From: Macrostomum lignano
Lineage: Eukaryota
Assembly: GCA_002269645.1 (NCBI GenBank)
Contig: NIVC01000073.1
Coordinates: 310,001 to 374,000 of the forward strand
Direction: 5' to 3'
DNA length: 64,000 nt
In this document: one piece after another, positions 1-19,330 of the stretch
Numbering within the stretch: the stretch's first letter is position 1
Layout of the letters: every line of letters begins with the position of its first letter
The notes under the pieces: model-generated
The model's database searches: none
What the model was told of the DNA's origin: nothing
The model's input: the letters and a program-made list of their open reading frames with translations, nothing else
Program-made: the position numbers and the translations under genes

Positions 1-148
1 ATGTGTGGCTGAACTCACTGAAGTTCAGCATATTGTATTCTATTCCAGCAGAAATCAATATAAAAGGCATGCAACAAAATTGAAGTGTAGATGATTGCAT
101 AAAAATCCTCTGCGAAAGATTATACATTTATAAGGAAATTATTCTTAT

Positions 149-301
149 TTACTTTTGACTTTTATTCATTCTTATTTTCTTGAACTGCTCTTGTAATAAC
201 TCTATGTACTCGTAAATGTATTCAAAGCGACTAGAGATGGAGAGACGGGAGTCTGCGGCTTGAGTACGGCTCAGGCTAGAAATAATATTTGCTGCCTCCT
301 G
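149..301 (-). other. possible internal exon of a minus-strand gene running off the left edge
   Basis: Acceptor-like tattctcag|GAG on the minus strand near 301 opens EAANIISSLSRTQAADSRLSISSRFEYIYEYIELLQEQF; a minus-strand gtgagt donor-like site lies near position 15. No recognisable homology. Confidence 0.25.
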
Positions 302-777
302 AGAATATTGGACACAACATTTTAGTGTACAGTTTTGTATTCTAACTTCGGGACTCTGCCTATCCACCAAACTGACACAAAAGCCGGCCCTGCCTGCTGC
401 AGTCTCAACAACCCGATGCTATGCACAGCACAATGGAGTAGAATGCAAAAATGCACAGAAAGAAATTCCTAGAAAGCTCCAACGTAAGATATACAACCCA
501 ACGTAAGCGTTGACAAACTAGAAGCATTTATTCCGAGGCAAAGTCTTGCTGTAAACAGTTTCTGCCTTCTCTAAACTGTTCAACTGCGGAATTACGGCGC
601 AATAGAACGCTATATAAAAATAAACTACTAGTAAGTTTTAATTTGTTTCTCAAAGTAAAACTTTGTTATATTCTTATCCTTCCCCATTTACTTTCCTATC
701 AGATAAATACTTGTTGAACTGTAACGAATTTCTCCAATAAGAAATAAAAATATTAATAGACTAAAATAATAATAATC

Positions 778-1362
<585 letters not shown>

Positions 1363-1395
1363 CAACAAAATTGAAATGCAGATGATTGCACAAAA

Positions 1396-3385
1396 ATGGA
1401 ACAATTAAGAATACTTATGCTATTTCCCAGGAGAATGTTACAACACCCAGTGTCCAGAGGTTTTCGATGCATCAACCGGCACAAGACATTCGTGCTACCT
1501 GCAATCTGTCTTCTGATATTTGGGCTGTACATTTGCATGCACATGCGCCACTTAATGATTGACATAGAAGACGATTCACCAAGTTTTTCTGAGCTGCGGT
1601 ACCTCGATGATTCTCAGATGACCGCTGCGGTAAAGGAGATGACAAGGTAAAACGTGTTAATAGCCATTTAGTGACGTGATAAAACAGAAGACTTTAGCAA
1701 ACGCGTAAAGGGAAGCACCATTATAAAAGTCGTTTAAAAGAATCAGTAGAAAAATAATAGCCACGGATGTTATTGGCAAAATATAAAGAGTACCTTTCAG
1801 GCTGCTGGCTATAAACTGGAAACTCATTCAATAAACGAATCAAGCAATAATTATTAACAATAGTTTATTACACCTGCACTAATGGGCAGATACGCAATCT
1901 ACAGCTCAGCCGCAGCTATTGCGCGGCGAATCTGCAGGCTGCGTACGTCTGTACCATTCTTCACTTCACAGCTGGGTGAACTGAAGCAATGCAGAGTTGT
2001 GTCTTGCTTAAAAACACAAATTGTTTCAGTGGGATCGGGAATTGAACCCCGACCTTCAAGTCGGTGAGTCCGATGCTCTAGTCCAGCCACTAGGCTACAA
2101 CCCCTTAGATAGAAGGTACAAAACTAACCTGGAAAGATAAATCCAAGTTTTTGTAGACAGACAGTTTTGGGATAGTTTACAGATGATAAATTCCAAAAAT
2201 CCTCAGTTAGTCGTTAGTAAACATTCAATTAAGATCCTATTCGCCCCATCCGGCAGGTTCGCCTGGCGCAATTACGTCAAATATTGCGCCCGTCCCTACA
2301 CGGGCAACGACCTCGATCCCATCAAGCGGGCCTGCTCCCCGGTGCCCGACGTCCTTCTCGGACCTCGCCAGCTGGTGACAGCCGTGGACGCGCTTGACAC
2401 TTTTGCTATTATGGAAATGCACGAGGAGTTCGAGGAGGCCCGCCAGATGGTGACGGGAGGTAAGCGAGCAGCCTTGTCGAACGTCACTGTGAGCGTGTTC
2501 GAGACCTGCATCCGACTGCTCGGCGGCTACCTCGGTGCGTACAGCTTCACTCAAGACTCAAGATTGTTAGCTGAGGCGGTGGCAGTTGCTGACAGGCTGG
2601 CTGAGTCTTTCAGCGATACGAGATCTCTGAATCGCAATGACTTGGTGCTGTTAAAAAAAAACTCGCCACGACCAAATTCGACAGTCGATTTTGAAACAAA
2701 GCTGCTAGCAGCGACTGGAACTTTGTACCTGGAGTTCGTCTATCTGTCCCATATAACTGGTGACAAGAAGTATGAGCAGTGGGTGACAAGGAACCATGAG
2801 CTCCTGATGAAGGCACCGAATGTACAAGGACTGTACCCGATGGAGATGACCCCAGAAGGCATGCCTTTGACCCCGGATCCTGTTTACTCAGCCGGCGGTG
2901 GGGGTGACTCATTCTACGAGTACCTGGTCAAAAAGTGTCTGTACAGCAAGAACCCGGACCCGAAATGCACCAGAGACTATACAGCAGCTCTCGATAGCAT
3001 CATGAAGTGCATGACTGTACAAGTCAGTCCAGTGTCTGACCTCTTGTGCGTCGTCAACGTAAAGAAGCCTTGCAACGCAAAGCAGCAGCTCAACGCGACT
3101 TGCACTATGGAGCACCTGACCTGCTTCTTGGGCGGCACCTACGCGCTCGCCTACATGATGAACCCGCATCGCACTGACTGGCTTAGATTTGCAGAGAGAA
3201 TCACTCACACATGCTATCTGTCGTATTTCCATTCTCCAATCGGCTTGGGTCCGGAGATTTTCAAGTACAATGCCACGTCGAGAAAGTTCGAAGCCGATCC
3301 GGACAGGGACTTCTACATATTGAGACCGGAGACTATCGAGTCCATCTACTACCTGCACTACGTCACTGGGCACAAAACACAGCGA
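1396..3385 (+). CDS. GH47 class I alpha-1,2-mannosidase (type II membrane protein), C-terminus missing; exons 1396-1646 and 2257-~3385
   Basis: GT-AG intron 1647-2256 joins AAVKEMT-R-FAWRNY (GH47 KEMMKHAW-type motif). N-terminal TM FVLPAICLLIFGLYICM. Motifs DALDT, VSVFETCIRLLGG, GDSFYEYLVK, EHLTCFLGG, GLGPE, YILRPETIES. Similarity stops at TGHKT(QR); no ESF..AETLKY or NTEAH segment found downstream. Confidence 0.9.
1880..2104 (-). mobile_element. tRNA-derived CORE-type SINE, copy 1 (in GH47 intron 1)
   Basis: Minus strand starts ggggttgtagcctagtgg (A-box-like) and contains ggttcaattccc (B-box). The block acagctgggtgaactgaagcaatgcagagt is shared with the copy at 24.5-24.7 kb and resembles the CORE domain. 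Confidence 0.75.
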
Positions 3386-3450
3386 GTGTCGAGCATAGGC
3401 AGAAAATTTTCAGTCTCGCAAGCCGGATTTCCGTATCTATGATTAAATTG

Positions 3451-4350
3451 AAAGCTTGCAGTACCACTTTAATGCAAATTAGCGGGCAATGCAATAGTAC
3501 ATTAACGGCGCCCTCTGATTTTCCCATTAACCATGGATGAATGAATAGAATGGATTGCTGTTCTGGCTCTGGCTATTTTCGTTTTTGACTCTTTTGCATC
3601 CGGTTCCCCCCCCCGTGCCTTTTCATTGGTTGATGATTGCCATAGACAGTTTTCGGCCTTCGCCCCTTTCTTTCGATGCACAAGCGCTTTCGCTAGTGTT
3701 TTGAAATAAAGGGGGAAGACCTACAAGCACGATTCGAGAGTCGATTCGTCTACAATAAAAAGGAAAGAAAGGGGCGAAGGCCGAAAATTGTCTCTGGCAA
3801 TCATCAACCAATGAAAAGGCACGGGGGGAACCGGATGCAAAAGAGTCAAAAACGAAAATAGCCAGAGCCAGAATAGCAATCCATTCTATTCATTCATCCA
3901 TGCCATTAACGCCCTTAAAGAATGGGTATTACTATCATTGTGCCATAGACATTTGTGTCCTTGACAAAGTGGGATAAATTAGAGTAAGTTGGAAATAGAC
4001 AATCGGGCGTTAAATGTCATTAACTGCCCGCTAATTTGCATTAAAGTAAAAGTGACTTCTGCAAGCGGGCTTTAATGTAGTTTATGGCATTAAAAGGCAA
4101 GAATAAGTGCCCAGCGGGCACAAAGGTCATGGTACAATGACATTTAACGCCCGATTGTCTATGTCAAACTTACTTTAAGGACCCACTTTGTCAAGGACAG
4201 AAATGTCTATGCCACAATAAAAGTAATACCCATGCTTTAAGGGCGTTAATGGGAAAATCAGAGGGGACGATGAGCCAGTAAGTGGCATAGAAAAAAATGC
4301 GAGCGAAGCGATTTTCCCATTAGCGCCCTTAAAGCATGGGTATTAATGAT
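3451..4350. mobile_element. older fold-back / inverted-repeat complex hosting the MITE
   Basis: Arm 3511-3531 plus 3911-4021 is the imperfect inverse of 4136-4265; 3466-3488 is the perfect 23-bp inverse of 4025-4047; a third direct copy of the arm start lies at ~4310-4348. Confidence 0.7.
3532..3902. mobile_element. MITE with ~140-bp TIRs and 8-bp TSD (P-element- or hAT-type)
   Basis: Ends CATGGATGAATGAATAG...CTATTCATTCATCCATG; arms ~3532-3673 and ~3765-3902 are near-identical inverted repeats; perfect TSD CCATTAAC at 3524-3531 and 3903-3910. Confidence 0.9.
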
Positions 4351-4683
4351 ATATTCTTCTGCACTATTTCGCGCGAGCGTGGTAATGACATTAACACTCA
4401 AAAATAGTGCAGTAGAAACATTGCTATGCGCTTTCGTCTATGGCATTAGTTGGCGCCGGAAGGAGTCGAGGATGGGGGGAGAGTGAGAATGGGGGTGTGG
4501 GGGCGAAGCCCCCACTTTCTACAATGAAATTTAAATAAATTTTAGTCTATGGCCCACATCGACATTAACATGCACTGTAGTTTTTTGATCCCATAAAGAG
4601 GGAGACAGAAGGTTTAAGAGAGCTGAGTAGAAAGACAGCAGATTTGATTGCTTGCATCTTTCATTTACGCAAACAAAATCGAA

Positions 4684-5436
4684 ATGGCTGACGCAGAGCC
4701 AACTACAGTGGCAGAAATTCTGCCTCCTCTATTTAACTACGGAGCCATGCCGAATGGTGAGATTTCAGGAGTAACATCCGGCGAGTTCGACTTGATTTGC
4801 GCGTCATTCGATCATGCCCAAGGTCATTAGACAGTCGAGATGCAGCGAACCGCTATAGATTCTCCGAGAAAAGCTGCTTTCGCTATCTTCTTGAGTTTAT
4901 GAAGAACGTCAGTGCGAAAGCAGGCGGCCTTTCTAAGGTGTACACCGACCGCTGCATATGGTAGGTAGTTTGACCTGTACTTTTGCCCACCATATTCATG
5001 TGTCTCTGTGAACACATTTGAATCTAGACAAATCAGTTGCCAAATTTTCTTAAACTGCAGAGTAACTAGAGCGTGCCACCTGGATGCCTGTGGCCAAACT
5101 ATCCAGGAGATCTTGCTCATCACTGGGCAAAAGTGTGAGCGAACTGTTAAGCGCTACTTATCGAGAGGCGACGTGATCGCAGTTTGTATAGGGCATCTCT
5201 GGCTGTGGATCAGGCGCTGAATCATACAGTTTCTGAAACTAATGTCAATGAGATTGTTAAGATTACTCGTCCAAAATCCAATCACAATAAGCGAGGCTAC
5301 GATGGAGGAATGTGCGGATGTTTATCAAGAGCCTGTCCAGACCGACGGCGCACTACGTGTGCAGGCTGCTCCGTCAAAGAAGATGAAAGTGACCATTGGC
5401 GGCAGTCGCAATCTGATCGATATTCTTTTTGAGTGA
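4684..5436 (+). pseudogene. decayed, internally deleted Crypton-type tyrosine recombinase
   Basis: Removing GT-AG intron 4961-5060 gives LLEFMKNVSAKAGGLSKVYTDRCI*VTRACHLDACGQTIQEILLITGQKCERTVKRYL, matching the Crypton/DUF3504 C-terminal box (GLSKxYTNHSLRAT...IM..TGH.S..SL..Y). Contains a stop codon and frameshifts. Confidence 0.7.
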
Positions 5437-5883
5437 CGTTTCTGTGTAGGCCTGGTATTAACTGATTAACATACGATTTCTTTGTTGAACAGTTTTTGAT
5501 GTTTTTCTAACATAAAAAATTAAAATTTACCCTTTGTTATTGTTTAAATTGCCGTTGCGTGTTAGCTAATGTCCAAAATGACATTAACACGCATCCCACG
5601 CGCGTGTTATTGTCACCAAAAGTGCATAGCAATGTACTATTATTTTCTAAACAGTCAGTCATTATCATATTATATCAGCTATCAGACAAATAATTATTGA
5701 ACAAAACTGTCTGTGGTACATCTTTCGTGTGATTTGAATGCATCCCCATATCAATCCAGTAAGCAAGGCAGAGTTTGCACTTATGGCATACGTACTAGTG
5801 CGCAGCCCTTTTTCCTTAATCTGTATTGTGCCGTCGAAGCCTAACGGAACCTCTGTTTATTGCCTCATTCATTAACTACAGCC

Positions 5884-8859
5884 ATGACCCGCAAGTCCTC
5901 AGGGGCCTCCAAGGTGAGGCGCGGAGCTCGCACAGCGTATTTCGTGCTGGAAATCTACGGCAAGAACTCGTCTCTGCACGGTCTGTACCACCTGTTCCAA
6001 TCTAAGGATATGACGCGACGGGCGTTTTGGCTTATTGTCTTGCTAGCTGCCACCACTGCGGGTGTGTACCACACGGTCATGTCTATTAAGCGGTACAGCG
6101 CTATGGACACCTTTGTTCAGATCCAGGACGAGGCCGTCCCAGCCGAGTTCCCGGATATCACGCTGTGCAGGGTGAAGCCATTCAGTGAGTCGCTGCTGAT
6201 CCACTACGACAAGGTTTTGGACAGGTACTTCGATACAAAGTGGTCCTATTTCAACAACTGGTTCAAAGAAGAGCGAATGCAGAAACCAAACGAAAGCAAC
6301 ATCGCTTACAAACATCGGCTGTCTGTTATCTTCGAAAAGTTCATGAAGATCGTCTGGGCCTCGGAGGACTTCAGAGACCTCGGCATGTTTATCGATTCGG
6401 CGTTGCTTTCTTGTAGCTACGAGGGTCAAAAGTGTGATCACAGGAATTTCAGCCTGATCCGGGATCCCGATGGTTGGTATTGCTACAGCTTCTCTCCCAG
6501 TGGGGATGTCGCGGTTGGCACCGAAGGCCTGAAACTCGATCTGTTCACTGACACCAGCTTCTATCATCCTGTTTTCGAAGGCACCATTGTTCAGTTTTAC
6601 GGTCGCGATGTTAAGATTCACGGCTCAGAGAACATGTCCGATTGGAATTCGCTAGACTTTTTTCTAAATACGCATTGGCGATCGCTTAACCAAATCGCTG
6701 AGCCAATAATCACCCAGTCCAATGGCTTTCGAGTGATATTGCACGACTCCGGAACTCACCCGATGATGAGTAAGTTTCGCTTGATAAGTTTAGTTCGGCT
6801 TTCGGTGGGATTGCATTTCTATTTTCAAATAAATAAGACTTTTTGAAATTTTGGTGGGAAGAGACACACAAGCAGTGCTTTAATCAGAGCATGCATAAAG
6901 TCTGTGGCTATTGAGGTTCTTGACACAGCCAATGTCCAACAAGTAAGTCCAAGTAGCTTTAAACCAACGCTTGGATGAGTGAATAATAGTTTTTAGGCTG
7001 ACAAATTGTTTACAATAGCCTGCGATGGGGCACGCGATCTATTGAAGTCTGCGTGCGTTGATATGTTGGGATATTTTCAACCAAGTGGCTAATCGTAGAC
7101 TTTACTAGATGTCTTGTACGAGTATATTCTTCATTCAGTTCTTCATTCAGCCGACATTCCAATCGGCTAGACATGTACACTTTCGATAGTAGCATAGCAA
7201 CTCTTTATAGAGTGCACTCACGCTTGCACAACACGCTCCGCACTTTCAGGCCTGGATAGTCTCGAGTTCGAGGCGGGCGTGTCTGCTGCGGTTAACATCG
7301 GCCAGATGTTTGTCATTCGTCAGCAAAGACTCGGCGTATCGGATTGCATCAAGAAGCCCTTCGAGCAGGTCCGCTACGTCACAAACTTTGACAATCGGGG
7401 CAAACTCGAATATCGCAGCTACGATAAACAGCAGGACGAGCAGGTGATTCAGAAAAAGCAGGAAGAACTGATGAGTCAGTGCGGCTGCTACTCGCACAAG
7501 TATCCATTCGAATCCGGCATGGAGACCTTGTGCTATCACGTGCCGGATTCGGTGAAGCGAACCCCCACGAAGGAGGTCATGCAACGGATCAACTGTCACG
7601 ACAGAGTGGTAGCGGAAGTCGACAAGGACACGTATCAACTGTTGAGAAAGTACTCGAAGTTCGAGCCGTGCAGGTCAGCTAAGTTAGACTTCTTCAACAA
7701 CGTGTATGAGTGGCCGAAAACTGAAGACCTACCTAGCGTAGTTAACAAATACGTGTTGGAGACGCTGTACGAGCGCACAGACCTGCTGCCAGGTGACGGC
7801 GAGCACCACTCGATTTTGAACTTTTCTGATCCAGACATTGTCCGGCTCGTTGGAAAAGACAAAATCGTCAGCAGACAGACAGCGACACTCCAGCAGCTTT
7901 TTCATGGTGCAGGCAAATTCAGCCGGAGCAGCTGGAGACTGGTTAATAACACAAGGCTAACATCGAACCTGCTGAGACTGAACATCAGGTTAATGAAGAC
8001 AAAGTCCAAGCTTATACAGGAGCATCCCAGCTTTCTCTATCCCGAGGCCCTATCTGAGGCGAGTTTCAAATTTTATATTTTTTATGAATATGGGATATAC
8101 TTTAGCAATCCATTCTGTTCCTTCACCCAGCAGATATGGCTATAGATTAGCAATCCATTCTGTTCCTTCACCTAGCAGATATGGCTATAGATTAGCAATC
8201 CATTCTGTTCCTTCACCCAGCAGATATGGCTATAGATTAGCAATCCATTCTGTTCCTTCACCCAGCAGATATGGCTATAGATTAGCAATCCATTCTGTTC
8301 CTTCACCTAGCAGATATGGCTATAGATTAGCAATCCATTCTGTTCCTTCATCCAGCAGATATGGCTACAGATTAGCAATCCATTCTGTTCCTTCATCCAG
8401 CAGATATGGCTATAGATTAGCAATCCATTCTGTTCCTTCATCCAGCAGATATGGCTATAGATTAGCAATCCATTCTGTTCCTTCATCCAGCAGATATGGC
8501 TATAGATTAGCAATCCATTCTGTTCCTTCACCCAGCAGATATGGCTATAGATTAGCAATCCATTCTGTTCCTTCATCCAGCAGATATGGGCTATAGATTA
8601 GCAATCCATTCTGCTCCAATGAGGGCTTATGGGTCGGCAGTTCAATTAACAAACGCAGTCCTAATTCTCCTCCCAGCAGATCGGCGGTGTCTGCGGTCTC
8701 TGGCTCGGCATGTGCGTGCTCACTCTGTTCGAACTGCTAGAAATAGCATACTTATTTTTCAGCGCGAACTCCGACCTGCAGCAGGACAATGACAGCAGCA
8801 GTCAGGGTGTAACAGCGGACGCCAAACTTGAAAGTGAAGTCGAATCGACCCAAATCTGA
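5884..8859 (+). CDS. DEG/ENaC (amiloride-sensitive sodium channel family); exons 5884-6769, 7250-8058, 8680-8859
   Basis: SSLHG pre-TM1 motif, TM1 RRAFWLIVLLAA, FPDITLC, CSYEGQKC, WYCYSF, GFRVILHD, Cys-containing thumb, NLLRLNI, and TM2 exon IGGVCGLWLGMCVLTLFELLE. Intron 1 is GT-AG (6770-7249); intron 2 is GC-AG (8059-8679); frames are consistent. Confidence 0.92.
8102..8615. repeat. 45-bp minisatellite (~11 copies) in ENaC intron 2
   Basis: Unit agattagcaatccattctgttccttcacccagcagatatggctat; no spacers between units. Confidence 0.97.
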
Positions 8860-9549
8860 TCTTTGAGTCGCGGTGACTTTTTGTTTAAGCCAGCAAGTCA
8901 CCTTTGAAGAAATCGTCTCCATATTGTTTTTTTCAGTGAGAAAAGATAGTGGAAATGATGTTGAAAATTTCATTCTGCTGCATTGTACTTTTTTGCTTGA
9001 TTTTATGGCCTATTCGTGTCGGAACTTTGTACGTCTGTGTGAAAAATTAAACCGTTTGAAAAAAGATACCTTTTTGCATTTCTTTGCTATCAGATAAATA
9101 CGATGTTTAAATTAGCTGATATTTTAAAAGACCACTGGTAATATTCTAGTCACGAGCGTTCAGACTACTTTGAGTATTGTAAAAATAATTTCTGCATGCA
9201 TACATGTAAATATAGAAAGTTAACGGCAATGCATTAAATGGTGTGCAATTTGAGATGGTAACTGACTATGACAGAAATTTCGGGATGTCAAATACACCAG
9301 CACTCAAAGAAAATCACCAGTCTACTGATCTTCAAAGATGTAAAAACATCTTTGATTGATGTTTGTAAATTGATAAATTTAGTATTAGCAACATTAGGTT
9401 GTTAAAAAGTATCTGAAGTTGATGTTCCGTACAAGGGTGGTTCAAGAGCTCTATTTGACGGATTATAGTTGTTTTCAGAAAAGTAAAGTTTAATCTTCTT
9501 TCACAACCGCAAAGTTTCGTGAAACTTCACAATTGTAGCTATTCTGAAG

Positions 9550-10500
9550 TTTCGGGTTCGTGAAGTTTCACGTTTGTGAAGTTTCGGGTTTGTGAAGTTT
9601 CGGGTTTGTGAAGTTTCGGGTTTGTGAAGTTTCGGGTTTGTGAAGTTTCGGGTTTGTGAAGTTTCGGGTTTGTGAAGTTTCGGGTTTGTGAAGTTTCGGG
9701 TTTGTGAAGTTTCAGGTTTGTGAAGTTTCGGGTTTGTGAAGTTTCGGGTTTGTGAAGTTTCGGGTTTGTGAAGTTTCGGGTTTGTGAAGTTTCGGGTTTG
9801 TGAAGTTTCGGGTTTGTGAAGTTTCAGGTTTGTGAAGTTTCGGGTTTGTGAAGTTTCGGGTTTGTGAAGTTTCGGGTTTGTGAAGTTTCGGGTTTGTGAA
9901 GTTTCGGGTTTGTGAAGTTTCGGGTTTGTGAAGTTTCGGGTTTGTGAAGTTTCGGGTTTGTGAAGTTTCGGGTTTGGGAAGTTTCAGGTTTGTGAAGTTT
10001 CAGGTTTGTGAAGTTTCGGGTTTGTGAAGTTTCGGGTTTGTGAAGTTTCAGGTTTGTGAAGTTTCGGGTTTGTGAAGTTTCGGGTTTGTGAAGTTTCGGG
10101 TTTGTGAAGTTTCGGGTTTGTGAAGTTTCGGGTTTGTGAAGTTTCGGGTTTGTGAAGTTTCGGGTTTGTGAAGTTTCAGGTTTGTGAAGTTTCGGGTTTG
10201 TGAAGTTTCGGGTTTGTGAAGTTTCGGGTTTGTGAAGTTTCGGGTTTGTGAAGTTTCGGGTTTGTGAAGTTTCGGGTTTGTGAAGTTTCGGGTTTGTGAA
10301 GTTTCGGGTTTGGGAAGTTTCAGGTTTGTGAAGTTTCAGGTTTGTGAAGTTTCGGGTTTGTGAAGTTTCGGGTTTGTGAAGTTTCAGGTTTGTGAAGTTT
10401 CGGGTTTGTGAAGTTTCGGGTTTGTGAAGTTTCGGGTTTGTGAAGTTTCGGGTTTGTGAAATTTCGGGTTTGTGGAGTTTCGCGTTTGTGAAGCTTCGCG
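9550..10500. repeat. 16-bp minisatellite (tgtgaagtttcgggtt)n, ~60 copies
   Basis: Lines 240 bp apart are identical (15 x 16); occasional cagg and ggga variants; degenerate edges. Confidence 0.97.
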
Positions 10501-10598
10501 TTTTGAAAACAAGTGCTTTTAAAAGTTATGGAATTTCGCGTTTGTGAACCCCTCCACCCTCTAGTAGAAGACGCTTGCTACACTCGGTTTTCTTAGAA

Positions 10599-18275
<7,677 letters not shown>

Positions 18276-18489
18276 CTAATTAGTGACAGCTGGTGTTTGG
18301 GTTTGGGATGGTTGCGATTGAATAGGGACTGCAACCAAGGTCAGTACCTAATCTTGACCTGCACCTATGATAGATCGTATTGTAGATCTCATCGAAGAAG
18401 GGCCGGGACTAGATTTTGGAATGGAACACAAGACTTGTCACAGTTTATATGCAGATCTACGAGTTATAGACTAGATCTATTAATTGGAG

Positions 18490-19330
18490 AGTAGATCTAC
18501 TATTAATTGGAGAGTAGATCTACTATTAATTGGAGAGTAGATCTACTATGAATTGGAGAGATCTACAATAAATTGGAGAGTAGATCCATGAATTGGAGAG
18601 ATCTACTATGAATTGGCGACTAGATCCATGGATTGGGGACTAGATTAACAATGAATTGGAGAGTAGATCTACTATGAATTGGAGAGTAGATCTACAATGA
18701 ATTGGAGAGTAGATCTACAATGAATTGGAGAGTAGATCTACAATGAATTGGAGAGATCTACAATGAATTGAAGAGTAGATCCATGAATTGGAGAGATCTA
18801 CTATGAATTGGCGACTAGATCCATGGATTGGAGAGTAGATCAATGAATTGGAGAGATCTACTATGAATTGGGGACTAGATCCATGGATTGGAGACTAGAT
18901 TAACAATGAATTGGAGAGTAGATCTAAAATGAATTGGAGAATAGAACTACGAATTGGAGAATAGATCTACAATCAATTGGAGAATAGATCTACTATGGAT
19001 TGAAAATAGATCTAATACGAATTGGAGAGTAGATCTACTATGAATTGGAGAATAGATTTACAATGAGTTGGAGAGTAGATCAACTACCAATTGGAAAGTA
19101 GATCTATGAATTGGAGACTAGAGCTACGATGAATTGGGGAGTAGATATATGAATTGGATTAGAGAATTGGAGACTAGATATACAATGAATCGGAGACTAG
19201 ATCTACAATGAATTGGAGACTAGATCTAGTGTGAATCGGAGAGTAGATCTACTATGAACTAGAGACAAGATCTATGAATTTGAGAGTAGATCTTCTATGA
19301 CTAGAGATGCAGATCTACAAAATTAGAAAA
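18490..19330. repeat. degenerate ~23-25-bp repeat (aattggagagtagatctactatg)
   Basis: Recurrent aattggag...agatcta motif downstream of the stop codon. Confidence 0.9.

Noticed and set aside
2030-2104. tRNA gene
   Set aside because: Only A/B-box-like head sequence continuing into a SINE body; no complete cloverleaf.
8102-8615. CRISPR-like appearance of the 45-bp array (and of the 46-bp array at 61 kb)
   Set aside because: Head-to-tail units without unique spacers, no cas genes, eukaryotic context.
8873-9097. Candidate missing GH47 last exon (DVENFILL)
   Set aside because: Lacks AETLKY and NTEAH; resemblance is at chance level.
9550-10500. Telomere-like repeat
   Set aside because: The unit is 16 bp containing gggttt, not TTAGGG, and is interstitial.
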